The notes beneath the pieces were generated by a model that saw only the letters and a program-made list of their open reading frames with translations, had not been told where the DNA came from and did not search any database. A stretch of 64,000 nucleotides of DNA from an uncultured Alphaproteobacteria bacterium. GTDB lineage: Bacteria > Pseudomonadota > Alphaproteobacteria > RF32 > CAG-239. Of the stretch, positions 61,406 to 64,000 are shown piece after piece; the stretch's first letter is position 1; the number at the start of each line of letters is the position of its first letter. The stretch is taken from positions 356 through 64,355 of the forward strand of contig CALXPU010000007.1 of the NCBI GenBank assembly GCA_944390455.1. The letters are read 5' to 3'. A program made the translations under genes and the position numbers.

Positions 61406-62380
61406 ATGAATAAGGTTCTTGCCAAAACTGTTGAAAAACCCGATATCTCAATTATTGTTTCTGTTTATAATGAAGAAGATAGTTTGGATATTTTCTTTGA
61501 GGCTATTCGGCAAGTTATGGAAAAAAAGGCGGATTGTCGTTATGAAATAGTTTGTGTTGATGATGGTTCAACTGACGGAACTTTTCAATTGCTCCAAAAA
61601 TATGCTCAAGATGATTTTAGAATCAAAGTTTTGAAATTCTCACGTAATTTTGGTAAAGAATATGGGCTTATGGCAGGGCTTAAATATTGTTCCGGTCGGG
61701 CCGCTATTCCGATAGATGTTGATTTGCAGGATCCACCTGAGCTCATTCTTCAGTTTATTGAAAAATGGGAAGAAGGTTATGATATGGTTTATGGAATCCG
61801 TAACGATCGTGCCAGTGATACTTGGCTTAAGCGATGGACGGCGAAACTCTTTTATAAAACATATAATTTGATGACACGTTCGCCTATTCCTTATAATGCC
61901 GGAGATTATCGTCTGATTGATCGTAAAATTATTGATACTATTTTAGAACTTCCAGAACGTAATATTTTTATGAAAGGTATTTTTGGGTGGACCGGATTTA
62001 AATCTTGCGGAATTAAATATATTCGCCAAAAAAGGGCTGCCGGTGTTAGCAAATGGAATTATTGGAAGTTATGGAATTTTGCTCTTGATGGTATTACCGC
62101 TTCAACAACGTTACCTTTGCGTATTTGGACTTATTTGGGCTCAATGCTTTCATTCTTGGGGTTGTTGTATGCCTTGTATATTATCATTCGAACAATTATG
62201 TATGGCGCTGATGTTCCAGGGTATGCCTCTCTGTTAGTTTTTATTTTGTTAGTGGGCGGGGTGCAGATGATTATTTTAGGTATTCTTGGGGAGTATATCG
62301 GTAGAATTTTCATCGAAGTTAAACATCGGCCGCTTTATATTGTGGAGAAAAAGGTAAATTTTGGTAATGACAAAGAGTAA
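61406..62380 (+). CDS. GT2 polyprenyl-phosphate glycosyltransferase (GtrB/ArnC-like), second copy
   Basis: ISIIVSVYNEEDSL…VCVDDGSTDGT…DVDLQDPPE, with two C-terminal TM helices. Confidence 0.85.
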   Translation: MNKVLAKTVEKPDISIIVSVYNEEDSLDIFFEAIRQVMEKKADCRYEIVCVDDGSTDGTFQLLQKYAQDDFRIKVLKFSRNFGKEYGLMAGLKYCSGRAAIPIDVDLQDPPELILQFIEKWEEGYDMVYGIRNDRASDTWLKRWTAKLFYKTYNLMTRSPIPYNAGDYRLIDRKIIDTILELPERNIFMKGIFGWTGFKSCGIKYIRQKRAAGVSKWNYWKLWNFALDGITASTTLPLRIWTYLGSMLSFLGLLYALYIIIRTIMYGADVPGYASLLVFILLVGGVQMIILGILGEYIGRIFIEVKHRPLYIVEKKVNFGNDKE

Positions 62381-63629
62381 ATTTGCTTCTTATTTTTCAC
62401 GTAAAATGTTAATAACCATCGCCTTTGGTTTATCTAGTGGTTTGCCTTTGGCTTTGGTGTTTGGGACGCTTTCTCTTTGGTTTAAAGACTATCATATTGC
62501 GTATCGTACGATTGGGGCTTTTTCTTTATTAAGGTTACCGTATTCATTTAAATGGTTATGGGCGCCGGTGGTTGAAACTATTAAAATTCCATTCCTTTCT
62601 CGTTTGGGGAAACGCAGAAGTTGGGCTATTTTTTCACAGCTAGGTCTGTTTTTATCTATTTTATGGTTGTCTTGTCTTTCTCCGGATAATTGTATTTTGT
62701 GGATGGCTGTGGCGGCTTTTTGCGTCAGTTTGTTTTCAGCAACACAAGATATTGTTTTGGATGCGTTCCGTGTTGAATTGTTTCAGCATAATCAAGAAAA
62801 AGAAATTGATGGTGCAACAATGTATGTTTTGGGGTATCGAATCGGTAACGTAATTTCCGGAGCCGGTGCTATTGGTTTGGCTGCGATTTTAACTTGGAAT
62901 GAAGTCTATCTTATTAATGCTTTGATTTTGCTTATAGGTATGGGGGCTGTGTTATTGTCACGAGAACCCAAAGCGGAAGTGGCAGAAGTCAAACAAGAGA
63001 AAAATGTTCTTAAATATGCGGTAATAGAGCCGTTTCGTTTGTTTATGGAAAGGCAGTATTGGTTGGCTGCATTGATTGTGGTGTTTTGTTATCGTTTAAG
63101 TGATGCGTATTTTGCTCCGATGGCTTATCCTTTTTATGATGATTTGGGGTTTACGAAAACAGAAATTGCCTATATTTCTAAATTGTATGGTATGGGGGCA
63201 ACGATTATAGGTGGCTTGTTAGGTGGTTACTTTTTAACGAAAGTTGGGCTGTTGAAAGGTTTACTGATTTTTGCCTTTGTGCAAGGAGTGACGACGGCTC
63301 TTTATATTCCTCTTTATTATCTTGGGCATAATGTGTGGTTTTTGATGTTTACGATTTCTTTGGAAAATCTTTCTTCCGGTATGGCAACAACCGCAATTAT
63401 CGCGTTTATGTCTGTCTTGTGTCATAAAGGTCATACGGCAACACAATATGCTTTGTTATCATCACTTCCAGGGTTCGCTCGGGATATTTTTGCTTCAACG
63501 TCCGGGTGGGTTTTGGATCAGACATCTTGGCCGGAATTTTTTATGATTAGTGCGCTTTTGACACTTCCTGGAGCCGTATTTTGTTGCTTTTTATATAAGA
63601 AAAAGCCTGCATATTTAATTGATGCTTGA
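62361..63629 (+). CDS. ampG: AmpG family muropeptide MFS permease
   Basis: …SGLPLALVFGTLSLWFKD… and overall 12-TM MFS layout match AmpG. Overlaps the upstream GT2 by 20 nt (the true start may be 62367). Confidence 0.7.
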   Translation: MVMTKSKFASYFSRKMLITIAFGLSSGLPLALVFGTLSLWFKDYHIAYRTIGAFSLLRLPYSFKWLWAPVVETIKIPFLSRLGKRRSWAIFSQLGLFLSILWLSCLSPDNCILWMAVAAFCVSLFSATQDIVLDAFRVELFQHNQEKEIDGATMYVLGYRIGNVISGAGAIGLAAILTWNEVYLINALILLIGMGAVLLSREPKAEVAEVKQEKNVLKYAVIEPFRLFMERQYWLAALIVVFCYRLSDAYFAPMAYPFYDDLGFTKTEIAYISKLYGMGATIIGGLLGGYFLTKVGLLKGLLIFAFVQGVTTALYIPLYYLGHNVWFLMFTISLENLSSGMATTAIIAFMSVLCHKGHTATQYALLSSLPGFARDIFASTSGWVLDQTSWPEFFMISALLTLPGAVFCCFLYKKKPAYLIDA

Positions 63630-63687
63630 GTTTTTATAGAAAGTAGTGTACTATAACTTCAGTTTTTTTGATTGAGGATGAAACTTC

Positions 63688-64000
63688 ATGGAGCATTCTG
63701 ACGATATAGATACAACGGATTTTGGCGGTGCTCGTCCAGGAAGCGTGGCTAATCTTTCTGATGATGATGTCGTTGTTAAGGAAGAAACAGCAAATGTTTC
63801 CGATACGGTAAATGTTGCTCCAAATGTTGAATTTCAACCTGTTGTTTCTGAGGCTAAGGAAAAGCCCGTTTCTCCCCGTATGGAAAAGTTGCGCGCGTAT
63901 TATGCTCAATTAGGGCAAGTGCGTGAAATGATGGAGCAAGAGTTGGAGGCAACTCTTTCCGGTCATGTGGTAGAGGGTGAAGTTGAGGCAAAACTTTATG
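63688..64000 (+). CDS. hypothetical acidic protein, 3'-truncated by window edge
   Basis: ATG 63688 preceded by GAGGA SD. Open to the end of the window. Asp/Glu-rich N-terminus. No stop, so absent from the ORF track. Confidence 0.4.
   Translation, partial: MEHSDDIDTTDFGGARPGSVANLSDDDVVVKEETANVSDTVNVAPNVEFQPVVSEAKEKPVSPRMEKLRAYYAQLGQVREMMEQELEATLSGHVVEGEVEAKLY

Noticed and set aside
63634-63909. 91-aa minus-strand ORF at window end
   Set aside because: Overlaps the better-supported + strand ORF starting at 63688 (which has an SD and an acidic N-terminus). Mostly antisense low-complexity.

Overview
Compact, low-GC (about 35%) bacterial chromosomal segment, probably from an alphaproteobacterial-type genome, judging by r-protein, DnaK and GroEL sequences and pervasive 1-4 nt gene overlaps (ATGA junctions).

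First 10 kb: an intact, co-linear S10-spc ribosomal-protein operon on the + strand (rpsJ, rplC, rplD, rplW, rplB, rpsS, rplV, rpsC, rplP, rpmC, rpsQ, rplN, rplX, rplE, rpsN, rpsH, rplF, rplR, rpsE, rpmD, rplO). It stops abruptly after rplO at a rho-independent terminator. secY, adk, rpsM, rpsK, rpoA and rplQ do not follow.

9.9-29.4 kb: an accessory block in place of the missing genes. It carries a P-loop kinase plus MFS transporter pair, an FGase-like hydrolase, a bacterial PH-domain protein, a subtilase-motif protein, a GNAT acetyltransferase, an HD hydrolase and a compositionally foreign (GC-rich) orphan gene. It also carries five ABC exporter (TMD-NBD) genes. Two are atypical fusion paralogs on the + strand. 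Three are tandem, mosaic MsbA-like paralogs on the - strand showing gene-conversion blocks. A CgeB-like glycosyltransferase closes the block.

29.4-45 kb: groES-groEL, a large autotransporter with ankyrin-like and Cys-rich N-terminal modules and many Gly-rich beta-helix repeats, a membrane protein, a secreted MORN/YwqK-repeat protein, ugd, a Spy/CpxP-like plus HEXXH zincin pair, dnaK (with an alpha-type sigma32-like promoter), a flotillin and a divergent metK.

45-64 kb: a DUF502 protein, recJ, then a four-gene - strand operon of three paralogous polytopic GT-C-like (GtrC-like) membrane proteins around a GtrB-like GT2. Further on are DUF192 and YgiW/BOF proteins, infA, an orphan histidine kinase with a 5-Cys sensor motif, gloB, a glucosaminidase, an Nfu-type Fe-S protein, murJ, a second GtrB-like GT2 and ampG.

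No rRNA, tRNA, CRISPR or IS element could be supported from the sequence.

Most notable candidates: (1) the mosaic three-gene and five-gene ABC exporter expansion sitting at a broken spc/secY junction; (2) the GtrB plus three GtrC-like glycan-modification module.
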